Origin: Lama glama
Taxonomy: Eukaryota
Direction: 5' to 3'
DNA length: 64,000 bases
NCBI GenBank assembly: GCA_028534125.1
Contig: CM052816.1
Span: forward strand, 7,752,001 to 7,816,000
Under the pieces are notes generated by a model. The model worked only from the letters and a program-made list of their open reading frames with translations. It had not been told where the DNA came from and ran no database searches. Position 1 is the first letter of the stretch, and the number at the start of each line of letters is the position of its first letter. Shown piece after piece: positions 1 through 11,754 of this stretch. Made by a program: the position numbers and the translations under genes.

Positions 1-1
1 A

Positions 2-1250
2 CAGGCCCTGACTAACTGGCTTGTCAATTGTGTCCGTATGTGCACAGGGGCACTAAGATGGGAGGCCCCAAAGCAGCAGCAGAAGCAACAGTAGGGGCAG
101 CAGTGGGCACAGCTTCCCCATGGGACAGCACAGGAACCTGGTGGTAGACTGGCTTGCTCCCAGACCTTGTCCCTGTAGTGTCTGTAACTATTAACTCTTC
201 ATGCTGAGCACCGGGGCAGGTACTGCGGATGGCAAGGCAGTAAGCTTTGTCAATACATTATTACAAAATAATATCATACACAGGGACATTGAAATAAAGC
301 ATATCAGGAAGTTGTTAGAACTCATCAGAGTACAGAATCTCTGGTTTTGAAAATTGCTGGGTCATTGCAGAGCAAATACCCATAGGCTTAAAAATAGAAA
401 TTAAATTTAAAGATAACCCAGTTTAACAGAAAAAAACCCCCCACTATTTTGATATGAAGCTTTACATAAACCAATTACTAACAACATAATTTGAAAATTA
501 ATTTTTCCTTGTAATTGAGTGTACAGTGCAACAATGCATAAACAGGCATTTTGCACTATATCATGAAGGTAGTTTTGGTTTCTTGCATGACCTCTGCAAG
601 TTACAGAAAATGTTATGGGAAACATTAAATTGCCATTGCATAATCTTTAAAATTAAATTCAAAGAGGAAATTCACTTGTATGGAAAGTTAAATCTTTCCA
701 GAAAAAAATATTATGTCAGACTCATAAATTTTACATGTAGTATCATTTATACTTCAAAATAGCTTATCAGAAATATGTTCCAGAATTGTTACAGCCTATA
801 AAGTACTCCTCACAGCTCCAGCAATAGTTGCATCGGCAGAAGGATTCGTCTCAAAATTAAAAATTATCAAAAATTAGTTACAATCTTGCATTTGCCAAGA
901 GTAACTCATACTGCTTTCAGTTACATCAGTATGAAAATAAAGTTGCTAAAAATATAAATTGGGATGACATAATGAGTTTACAGAAAGGCAAGCCAAAGAT
1001 AATCTATAATCAATCAATATATCACAATAATCTAGTATATTACTTGTTATTTTATACAAATTATGACAACAAAATAGTATTTTTGCAGTTTAAAAATGTA
1101 TGTTCTTAAATATCACTATTACCTCTATTTTATAAGTAATAAAATATTTTAAAGGTAAAATTTTTTTATTTTAGTATCTTTAGTAGTCCTTTTTTGATTT
1201 TTGAACAAGGGTCCCCATATTTCCATTTTGCAATGGAACCTAAGATGATG
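2..1250 (+). mobile_element. hAT-Tip100 (Zaphod-like) DNA transposon fossil
   Basis: About 765-1000 translates, with stops, to IVTAYKVLLTAPAIVASAEGFVSKLKIIKN*LQSCICQE. This matches the hAT transposase C-terminal dimerisation motif (T.ASAERSFSKLK.IK.YLRS). About 1195-1245 resembles the Zaphod/MER91 terminal sequence. The 5' boundary is uncertain. Confidence 0.75.
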
Positions 1251-2465
1251 CAATATATTACACACAATCGTGTTTACTCAGTGGTTTTATTTTGTAATTA
1301 AAATTTTTATTTGTAGTTCAAATATAGTTTGCTTTAAAATTTTCCACTTAGTTTACATGTTGATGCATTTTTATAAGATTACATACCTTTAAGAAAATCC
1401 TAAAATTTAACATTACGCCCAGAGTGCACTGCAGTTGTATCACAGCTGTATCTGAAGAAACACTAACAGTGATTTGTTTTATTTGAAGGAAAAGTAACAG
1501 GAATATCACTACCCTGGGTTTGCTCCAGTGCTCCAGCCACTCTCTCCTCATTACTCTTCCTGGAAATGTCCCGAAAGCTTAGAACAATGTCTGTCACAGA
1601 AACATCTGCTGAATGAGTTGAATAAAAAAATTTCTTTATTCTGTGCATGGGAAAATGGAGATTTAGGTAGCTGCAGCTCTTCGGTGTATTAAGTGTTAGT
1701 TCACATATGTTCTGTAGGGGCAGAGAACATGACCTAGGATTGCCTATAGCTGAAAGGGTGGTTGTTGGAGGAAAGTTTGGCCTGGATGCTTAGAGAAGAC
1801 AATGTAAGGGTCAGTGAGCATCAGTTGAGATTGGGAGAAATGAGGTGGGTTCTATGACAAGATAGCAGCAACTGTGTAAAGACTAAATCACCCACTAATA
1901 ATGACAAGTTAACTTATATGTATGATGACTTCTATGTGTTCATGGTTCCTCCCTCCTTAACTGGCCAGAAAGCTCCATGGATCAGACCTGTTGCTGCTGG
2001 CCTGAGTATGGTGGCAGTTGTTCTGTTGGCAGCCGTATCCCAGGGAGTGGGGTCATGAGAGGATTTGTTTGGCATCTGATTCAAGTGACAGAGTCTGTAG
2101 AGAAATGTCCGGATAAGTTCATACGCTGTCATTGCCATGATTAAGATACTGGGCTGGATGCCTTGAAAAACAAATATCAAAGCTCTCAAAAATTATGGTA
2201 ACAATGTAATTTTACTATTAAGGCTTGAGGATAAAGACTGGCAAGAAAAATTTAAATAACAATATAAATGACCTAATTGACAACTTGTTCTTCTACATTT
2301 GGGTTAATTTTTTTGGATATGTGTTGACCTCATATTATTTTTAAAGTATTTATATAGAATAAAAAATTTAAATGCATTTCTCTAAAATGTTTATAATCTC
2401 ACTGTAAATATGTATACTATATACAGATAGAGATGATTCATACTAATTGAATAATTTGCTTTGTC

Positions 2466-3917
2466 CCAAATATTCCTTCTTTTTTTTTTTGTGAACAGCT
2501 ATTTTATTTATTGAGCATGTAAAACATTTTGCTCTCACTAATAATAATTACTTTAGTGAGATGAATATTCTTAGAAAGAACAATGTAAATATTTTATTAT
2601 TCTTGAAAATATTGTTTTAATACTTTGTAATATAGCAATTTGACAGGTCTTAAGTCCATTTTATTCAAACACTTGGATTTAATAGTTTTTTTAGCTGAAA
2701 AATATACCACATAAAAATATTTAGATTTCACTGCAAAAAAGTACATCATTAACTTTGTTAATTAAAGTAAGTCCATTCAATCTACTAATTAGGCGAACAT
2801 TTTTGTTAAAAATTGAAGGGTAAATTTTGATCTTCCATGATTTCAATCAATAAAATCCTGCAAAATGAATCAAGTTACTTTTCATATTTTTCATAAGCAG
2901 GTTCAAAACCATTGGAACTCTTCACATGGAAGATTTTTTAAACAGGTTAAGAAAATCTGTTTCCAAATTTTCAGGTATGTATAGAGAGTTTCACCAAGTG
3001 ATACATATTGCAGTTTAAATTCTCAGAAAGCAAACATTTATGATTTGGGGGAGAAGATCTTTTTCTTTTTTTTTTTTACATTTTTTATTGATTCATAATC
3101 ATTTTACAGTGTTGTGTCAAATTCCAGTGTTCAGCACAATTTTTCAGTCATTCATGGACATATACACACTCATTGTCACATTTTTTTCTCTGTGATTTAT
3201 CATAACATTTTGTGTATATTTCCCTGTGCTATACAGTGTAATCTTGTTTATCTATTCTANNNNNNNNNNNNNNNNNNNNNNNNNNNNNNNNNNNNNNNNN
3301 NNNNNNNNNNNNNNNNNNNNNNNNNNNNNNNNNNNNNNNNNNNNNNNNNNNNNNNNNNNNNNNNNNNNNNNNNNNNNNNNNNNNNNNNNNNNNNNNNNNN
3401 NNNNNNNNNNNNNNNNNNNNNNNNNNNNNNNNNNNNNNNNNNNNNNNNNNNNNNNNNNNNNNNNNNNNNNNNNNNNNNNNNNNNNNNNNNNNNNNNNNNN
3501 NNNNNNNNNNNNNNNNNNNNNNNNNNNNNNNNNNNNNNNNNNNNNNNNNNNNNNNNNNNNNNNNNNNNNNNNNNNNNNNNNNNNNNNNNNNNNNNNNNNN
3601 NNNNNNNNNNNNNNNNNNNNNNNNNNNNNNNNNNNNNNNNNNNNNNNNNNNNNNNNNNNNNNNNNNNNNNNNNNNNNNNNNNNNNNNNNNNNNNNNNNNN
3701 NNNNNNNNNNNNNNNNNNNNNNNNNNNNNNNNNNNNNNNNNNNNNNNNNNNNNNNNNNNACCACATCTTCTTTATCCAGTCACCTGTTGATGGACATTTA
3801 GGTTGTTTCCATGTTTTGGCTATTGTAAATAGTGCTGCTATGAACATTGGGGTGCAGGTGTCATCCTGAAGTAGATTTCCTTCTGGGTACAAGCCCAGGA
3901 GTCCAAATATTCTTTCT
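2466..3917 (-). mobile_element. 5'-truncated L1 with ~570-bp 3' transduction, flanked by a TSD
   Basis: The minus strand carries the L1 ORF2 C-terminus ([24 protein letters not shown]), a first poly(A) at ~3060-3078 and a second poly(A) at 2480-2490. The TSD is ccaaatattc(c/t)ttct at 2466-2480 and 3903-3917. Confidence 0.85.
3260..3759. other. assembly gap (500 N)
   Basis: Run of N inside an L1 3' end. Confidence 1.
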
Positions 3918-4929
3918 AATGCTGAATCCTCTTAGGTTTTAAATTCAAAATCTGAATGATGTCACATGACGTTTGACACATAAGTTGGATTTCCATGGAA
4001 AATTAAGCCAGGTATCATGGGATCCATGATAAAATTTCTAGTTCATACACAAGAACCAAATTAATCATAATATATAGTAATTTTGTTTTCTAGTTATTAT
4101 GAAATTGAGATTATCATTTAGACATATATAATTCTCAAAGTTTAGTGTTCATTATAATTATTAGAGTCACTACAGTGCAGCTGAATTCTCAGAGTTGTTC
4201 AAACATGGATTCAGAATCCACAAATGTTTTCTAAGCTCTAGCTAATGGAAAGGAAGCTTGAAATATGGTAATGTGGAGATGTTTTCTGGAAATATTAAGC
4301 GATAACTCTTTCTAGTTATACCGATTCCAACAAATACCAAGAGTTTTAACTGTATTGTTCCCAGGCTGTTTGTACACCACTTGGACATTGAGAATAGTAT
4401 GCACATGTACTCTTCAGATTTTGAGTACTGAGTAAATAGAATTTCCTGAAATGAACATGAGAGAAACAGAAGGCTTCTAGTTGCTTAATGATTTTTAGCC
4501 CAATCTAACTGGAGTGATGGAATTGACATTCACTGAGTCTGGGATAACAGTTGATGAAACAAATTTTGGAGGGAAATTAATAGTTCTATGTATAATGTTC
4601 ATCTGTTCATCAATATGTTAGATCTCCTTAATGGTAGGGAAATATAGCATCCACTTGATATGAATTATAATTACTATAAATTCTTAGACTCAGCTTCTCA
4701 TTATTATCTTCCTTTCTTCAATATTTTCAGTTATCTCAGTTCTTAAAAATTTCTTGTTCTTGCCTTTTTCTGCTACTTTGATTCCCTAGGATAACCACTT
4801 ATTTTGATGAAACTTTCATTGTTTTCTACCTAAGTTATGCAGGAGATGGACTATCCTTCCATTTGGTTCATCATATTCAAAATACTCAAACTAGAATCAA
4901 CCATTTGTTGATTTCTTAATTGAACCGCT

Positions 4930-5213
4930 TGTTCCCTTCTCATCTCATCCCACTTGTTCTCATCAAGAACAGTGATGCCAGAGTGGTCCACCTGGTATGT
5001 AAAGATGCAGGATGGTACCCAGAGCCTGAAGCAAGCTGGAGAGACCTCCAAAGACATAGTTTAAAGCCACACTCTGAAAATAACAGAGTAAATGAGAGAG
5101 GCCTGTTCTCCATTGAGCTTTCAGTCCTGGTAACTGAACTCAAAAAGATTGTGCCTGGTTCCAACCTCATTTCCAGGCTCAACCAGAAAAGGAAACAACT
5201 GTTTCTGTTTCAG
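4930..5213 (+). pseudogene. butyrophilin-like IgC exon, copy 1 (decayed)
   Basis: LVCKDAGWYPEPEASWRDLQRHSL...GLFSIELSVLV matches the BTN/BTNL IgC motif (L.C.S.GWYP.P...WRD). The donor cag|gttagt is at 5213. The second Ig Cys is missing, there is a 1-nt frameshift near 5190, and the acceptor is degraded. Confidence 0.85.
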
Positions 5214-5369
5214 GTTAGTTTGTCTATAACTGTATCTCATTGTCTGGAGAAATACTTAAAGACTGAGTACATATTGTTGAGTTTCTAATTGAAAGGGAAA
5301 TGATACTGAGTTCCTGCACTGTAATTTTGAGGCAACCTTCCCTAATCTATATTACTTCCTCCTCTTTGT

Positions 5370-7140
5370 TAGTTTTGGGTTTAGGTTGTTCTTCTTTTTC
5401 TAATTCTTTATGGTGTAAAGTTCGGTTGTTGAAATCTTTCTTATTTTTAAAGGTAAGAGTTTACAGCTGTAAATTATCACTTTATTGCACTGCTTTGACT
5501 ACTTCTCATAAGTTTTAGCATACTGTGTTTTGTTTTTATTTGAAGATATTTTCTAATTTCTCTTGTAATTTGTTTATTTGTTTGTTTGCAGCTCACAGTA
5601 AGTTTATTGTGTCTTCAGGACCCTACAATGTAGACTCCTCTCCCAGAGAAGGGTCTTTCAGAGACAAGGAACCATTGTCCAGATGAGCTGCTCATTTGTC
5701 ATTTTCATAGGTAGCTGGATTCTTCCTTTTGGATCTCTCAAACTCTTGGATTCCCCACGTGTAGACAAGATAAAATGCTACAGATGGCTGTGTGACGTGA
5801 AGGATGCACACCCGAGTGCAGCATAGCACATTGGGGATGCCCTTGCTGAAGTAGTTCGGGACGGTGCGCTGCTCGAAGGGCGACAAGCTATAGGTGATCA
5901 CATGCCACATCCGCATCAGGTGCCCAAACTCGCGGCCCATGGTTGCAGCGGTGCCGAGGTCACCTCACCCTCCACAGTACGGGATCCACCGGCCTCCATC
6001 TCCTTGTAATTTCTTCTTTGACCCATTGGTTGTTTAAGAGTATGTTGTTTAATTTTCACAAATTTGTGAGTTTTTCAGTTTTTCTTTTGATACTAATTTT
6101 TAGTTTCTTTCCACTGTGATTTGAAAGCTACTTTGTGTAATTCCAGTCTTTCAAAATTTATTAGCAGTTGTTTTGTGGTCTAACATATGGTCTATCCTGA
6201 AGAGTGTTCCATGTGCAGTTGAGAAAAATGTATATTTTGTTGTGGAGAGAAGTGTATGTGTCTTTTAGGCCCATTTGGTCCATAGTGTTGTTCAAGTCCT
6301 CTATTTCCTTATTGATATTCTGTCTGGTTGTATTACACATTATTGAAAGTGGGATATTGAAGTCTACTATTATTGTAGATCTGTCTCCTTCTCTTGCCAA
6401 TTCTAACGATGTTTGCTTCATGTAGTTTGGAGATGTGATATTTGGTGCATATATATATTTAGTTATTATATCTAGTGAATTGACCCTTTTATCAATATGT
6501 AATGTTCTTCTTTGTCTCATGTAACAGTTTTTGGGTTAAAGTCTATTTTGTCTGATGTTAGTAATAGCCACCCTTATTCTCTTTTAATTACTGTTTGCAT
6601 GAAATATCTTTTCCCCATCCTTCTGCTTACAAACTATGGTGTCCTTCGCCTAAAGTGAGTCTCTTGTGGACAGCATATAGTTGGATCATTTTTTTAAGCC
6701 ATTGTACCAATCTCTACCTTTTGACTGGGGAGTTTAATCCATTTCTAGGTTAGTAATTACTGATAAGGCAGGACTTACTCCTACCATTTTGATATTTGTT
6801 TTCTCTGTGTCTTACAGGGTTTTGTTTTGTTTTTGTTTTTGTTTTTGGTCCTTCATTTCCTCCATTACCACCTTTCTTTCTTTGTGTTTAGTTAATTTTT
6901 TATATTGACACATTTTGATTCCTTCCTCATTTTCTTTTGTATATATTTTTAGATATATTTTTGTGTTTACCAGGGGATTACATATAACATCCTAAAATTA
7001 TCTTGAATCCATTTTGAATTGATTCCAACTTAACTTCAGTCATATACAAAAACTCTGCTTCTTTAAATCTCTATTCCCTCCTTTATGTTATTGATGTCAA
7101 AAATTTAAACCTTATATATTACATAAATATTAACATAAAT
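5370..7140 (-). mobile_element. old L1 ORF2 (endonuclease region) fragment, interrupted by the UQCRQ retrocopy
   Basis: ORF 6161-6520 (IYAPN...TIIVDFNIPLS...INKEIEDLNNT) is typical of the L1 endonuclease. Confidence 0.85.
5572..6002 (-). pseudogene. UQCRQ: processed retrocopy of UQCRQ (complex III subunit 8/QP-C) with intact 82-codon ORF at 5692-5940
   Basis: [21 protein letters not shown]...FSKGIPNVL...[24 protein letters not shown], with no introns. AATAAA is at 5603-5608 (minus), a decayed poly(A) lies at ~5572-5588, and the TSD core cttgtaattt is at 5562-5571 and 6003-6012. Confidence 0.95.
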
Positions 7141-7169
7141 TTATAATCTCTATGAATTTATATTTTAAA

Positions 7170-8190
7170 CTATTCAAAATGTCCAGGAAACAGTTCAGAA
7201 TTACACAACACAAGGAACCAAGGAAGTCTTGACTTCTCACAAGGGAAAAGACAATCAACAGACTTTATTAATATTGAAAACTTTGCTCTGCAAAATACAT
7301 TGCTAATAAAATTGAAATATAAGCTACAGATTGGGATATAATGCTTGGAAATTGCATGGCAGACAAAGAACTTTCATCTGTAATAAATAAAAAACTCTTA
7401 GAATTCAACAGTAAGGAAACAACAAAATTTTTAAATGGGCAAGAGACTTATACACTTCATCCGGAAGGTATACAGATGCCAAATAAGTACACGAAAATAT
7501 GATCATTATTTTTAGCCATTAAGGAAAACAAAATGAAAACCACATGTGCTATCACTGTACACTTATTAGATAGAAAGGGGGAAAAATGACAATTCCAGCT
7601 GCTGGTAGGAATGACAAGCAAGTGGTACTCTTACACATCACTGATTTGGGAATGCAAAATTATTGTGCCTCTCTAGAAAACAGTTTGGTGGTCTTATAAC
7701 ATATCATATTGCCCATCATTCCCATGAAAATGTATGTTCATAATAACAACCTGTGTGCTCTTATTCATAGCAGCTTTATTTATAATAGTAAAAGATCGGA
7801 AACAACCCCAATGTCCTTCAACTAGTAAAGAGATAAACAACATGTGGGACTACTCTAGTGAAAGGAGTGAGTCATTGACACACAGGGAAGGGTATGTTAA
7901 ACGTATTATGCTGTGAAAGAACCAGTCTCCAACGCTTACATACTGTGTGATTTCATCCATATGACAGCTGCTAAGGATAAAACTAGAGCAGCAGAGGACA
8001 TAACAGTGGTTACCAGGGGTTAGGACAGGCAGGAAGTTTGAGTAAAAAGGGACTTTACAAGAGAACTTTTTTGAGTGATAGAACAGTTCTGTATTCTGAT
8101 TGTGGTGGTGGCTCCATTAATCTATACGTATGTCAAAACTCATAAAATTGTACACCAAAAAGATCAATTTTGATGTATGTCAATTCAAGA
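7170..8190 (+). mobile_element. old L1 (L1M-type) ORF2 3' end and 3' UTR
   Basis: LFIAALFIIVKDRKQPQCPST motif plus an L1M-type 3' UTR. Confidence 0.75.
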
Positions 8191-8779
8191 AAAAATTTTA
8201 GTATGGTAACAAAATTAGAAGATTCAGAAAAAAATTTAAGAGCCATTCAACATTAGTGTCAATAAACCGAGCTAGCTTTCTTCTAGCTTACTTCTCTGAT
8301 TGCATGAAGACTCTTAGGAGCCAAAGCTATGAGGGTCCTGCTCCCAGTAAAATTGTCTGTTAGGAGGGAAAGCAAGAATGGGTGTTGAGTAGACAACCAG
8401 CAGTCTGTCTCTGCCATAATTTCCTGTATTTTCCACTTACATAGTACTAAATTAGCGGTATTTGTGGCTTTTCTTGCCCCTGTGCAATATGGAGAAATGA
8501 TGAAAGACAATACATTTTTAGTGTAAAATATACCATACTTGTAAAACTATACATGCAATGTATATGATTAAAAATTTAGTATTCCATTAAAAATAATGTC
8601 ATCAAGCATAATGTATACTATATGTACTACTAAGAAAATTATACCACTTAAACTGACACAATGATTTCTTGTCACTTGGAATTTTTTATATTTATTTTAA
8701 AAAATCTTTCAGACTTTGACATTTATCACCCTTGTGAATACATAAAAAGTAAACTGTTTTAAAAGAAACTGGTTAAGAT

Positions 8780-9300
8780 ATATTCATGATATTGACAGCT
8801 ACATCTCAAGACCATCCAGATTTCAGAAATGTTGACAATATTAGAAAATAAATATGTGTACCCACCGACCTTGTTTATGAAACAGAACAATTGCCAACAC
8901 CTTGAGGCTCTTGTGTGTACTTCCCTGGTAACGTCTCCCTCCTTTACACCCTATGGATACTTGCTGTTTCCTAATTTTGCCACGTATATACCCTAAATAA
9001 TTTATTGTTTGGAATTATTATTAACTTTTATATGTTGAGCTAAAGAATACATGTCCTGTGACTTACTGTTATTACCCTACTGTATATGAAATTGATCCAT
9101 GCCGATGTGTCGAGCTGTCGCTGCTGTGTAGTATCCCATATATTCCACATATTCCATCATTTATCAGTTCCCCAGTTGATGGACATTTGGGGCTATTTCC
9201 AATATTTTGCTCTTGTAGTGTATTACTTTTTATGGTTGTCACTGGTACATGTGTATTAGAGTTTCTCTTGGGTATATACTCAGGAGTGGAATTGCTAAGT
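8780..9300 (-). mobile_element. old L1 3' fragment
   Basis: gttgatggacatttggg...ttcca and gggtatatactcaggagtggaattgct are antisense L1 hallmarks. Confidence 0.65.
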
Positions 9301-10127
9301 CTGGCTGATAGCCGACAAAAATTGATGTTCCCCTCCTGCCTCCCATGAGTATCCTGAGAAAACGTGAGTCCTGTCCTTCTTTGACCAGACTTAGTATCTA
9401 TGTTCAGGGGCCTTCAAAGGGAAGACTAGCAAGAGAAGGAGGTGGTGGTGCTTCCCAGCCCACAGAAGGTGACTTTGAGCATAACCTTGAGGAACCAAAA
9501 GCAGGCAGTGGTTAAGGCAAGGCGGAGCGCTTCTGTCAGCTCCACTGAGCATGGGTGTGAGGTGCAACTCTGCTTGACTGGAGGCTAGGGTCTAAGGCCA
9601 CAGTTTGGTTGATGTCGCAGAATTCGCCGTGAGGTCACTATGGTGTGGAACACATAAATTCAAAAAGAAGATAGTAATTCATTATGAAAATGTATTTAAA
9701 ACAAAGGGAAACTAAATTGAAAACAACTTCAGCTTGGTCTCATGTTCTGGCTCTTCTGATGGGATCTAAAGATTAGTCTCCTTTTTTAGGTCTCCTACCA
9801 GCAACCTGCAGCCCTTCCCCATGCTCTGCTGCCTGTGTGAGGGGCTCCCTGCTACTCTCCTCCACAGCTTGGGATCTCATGTTGTCCACCTCTGTATCAT
9901 GTGCAGTACAGTAGACATTGAGATTCTTACCTCTAGAACCCAGAACCACTGTCTGTGCAATAAGGCAGGCTGAGCCATGTCAGCAATGAGCCAGTCCTGC
10001 TGGGGGTCTCATTTATTTTCAGAACCTGGGGCCACTGTGTAGTAGTGTGGGATTTGAGTTTTTTTTAACAATGAGCCAAAACTGCTGGATTTCTTACTTA
10101 GAACCTGGGACTGCTGTTTGTGTAATA

Positions 10128-10215
10128 GGCATAGCTCAGTGGTAGACAGTTTGCTTGGCATGCACGAGGTCCTGGGCTCAATCCTCAGTCCCTCCGTTAA
10201 GTGAAAACAAAAAAG
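10128..10215 (+). mobile_element. tRNA-Ala-derived SINE (vic-1-like, camelid)
   Basis: atagctcagtggtaga...gcatgcacgaggtcctgggctcaatcc contains A- and B-box-like motifs followed by an A-rich tail. Confidence 0.8.
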
Positions 10216-10319
10216 GTTTTTAAGAAAAGAGTTCGCACTTTCTTCATTGTCCCTGTAAGTCCTTTATTGCTTATGATTCTGCTCTTTTTTCTAGGGCTTC
10301 AAGTAAGAGCCCCAATACA

Positions 10320-10940
10320 TTGTTGTTGCAAATGACAAAATTTCATTCTTTTTATGCCTGAGTAATATTCCAAAGTATGTGTGTGCATATATACACACAT
10401 TTTTTTTTATCCATTCATCTATTGATGGACATTTAGATTGCTTTCATATCTTGACTATGGTAAATAATGCTGCTGTGAACATTGGGGTACATGTAGCTTT
10501 TCAAATTAGTGTTTTTATTGTCTTCAAATATATGCCCTGGAATGGAATTACTGGGTCATATGGTAGTTCTATTTTTAGTTTTTTGAGGAACCTCTGTACT
10601 GTTTTCCATAATGGCTGTACCAATTTACATTCCAAGAGTGTACCACATCCTTACCAACTTTTGTTATTTGCAGTCTTTTTAACAGTAGCCATTCTGACAG
10701 GTATGAAGTGATATCCTATTGTGTTTTTTATCTGCATTTCTCTGTTGATTAGTGATGTTGAGCATCTTTTCTTGTGCCTGTTGGCTATCTGAAAGTCTTC
10801 TTTGGAAAATGTCTATTCAGCTCCTCTGCTCATTTTTTTAATAGGGTTGTTTACTTTTTGTTGTTGAGTTGTATGAGTTCTTTATACATTTTGGGTATTA
10901 ACCCCTTATTTGATATATGATGTGCAGTTAGACTGTGGGA
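10320..10940 (-). mobile_element. L1 ORF2 3' fragment
   Basis: Antisense L1 hallmarks. The minus frame reads KGLIPKMYKELIQLNNKK. Confidence 0.85.
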
Positions 10941-11754
10941 AAACAGATTTGAGCAAAGATCTTGCTCTGAGAATTGAAAGCCACAGAAGTGATAAAAGTA
11001 GATGACATTCTGCCACCTGCAGAGGGGGAGGAGTGGGGGTGTTTTGTTTCTGTACCATCTCAGAGCCACTGCAATAGCTGCAGTGATGGTTGTGCCTGCA
11101 TGTTCTGATTATGTTATATGACAAAGTTTTAGTTTTTGCAGGAAAAGATCACAGAAATAAGCAATATGTTTTTCCTAAGAAAGCCAGTGAGTCATGGGGT
11201 ATTTTATAAAAGCAAGCTAAAGCTGGCCAAAAAAAATGTGACTGTGTCTTTGAAAACTGCTTTTGTTTTTCAAGTAGAGTGAATAAGAAAGCCCTGCTTA
11301 CTTCGTGATCTCAGTTATTGAGTCAGTGGATAAAAGTCCAATAAGTCTCTATACAGCAAAGACAGCAGAGAGTGCAGTAACTGCTTCAAAGTATTTCCAG
11401 AGAAACACCAGAAAGCAGAATGACGCAGTAAAAAAGAAAGAAAAAGTGACCAGAAGCATATGAACTAGATAGTTCAGTCAATCAGATGTTAAATATATAA
11501 CTCTGCTACTCTGACAGATTTTGGTAAATGTTATTGGTGCCAGAGAACTTCCTAGCCTACAGAACAAAATAGATTGAACTGGAAGAGCCGAGGTAGCATG
11601 AAGAATTTTAGGCATATTTTAAGTAATCCTACTGTCTAGAGACCAGGGAAACTAACTTCTATGACTTATAAAGCTTTCTGCTTAATTCATGATGACAACT
11701 TCATAAACTGAACTGAGAGTGGGATAGCTTTAGATATAGAGGAATCCCAGGCTT

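Noticed and set aside
3114..3869. Long ORFs of 170-251 aa (also 30402-31031)
   Set aside because: Artefacts of translating through N gaps.
10128..10200. Functional tRNA-Ala gene
   Set aside because: The acceptor stem is degenerate, the B box is mutated and there is an A-rich tail. It is a tRNA-derived SINE.
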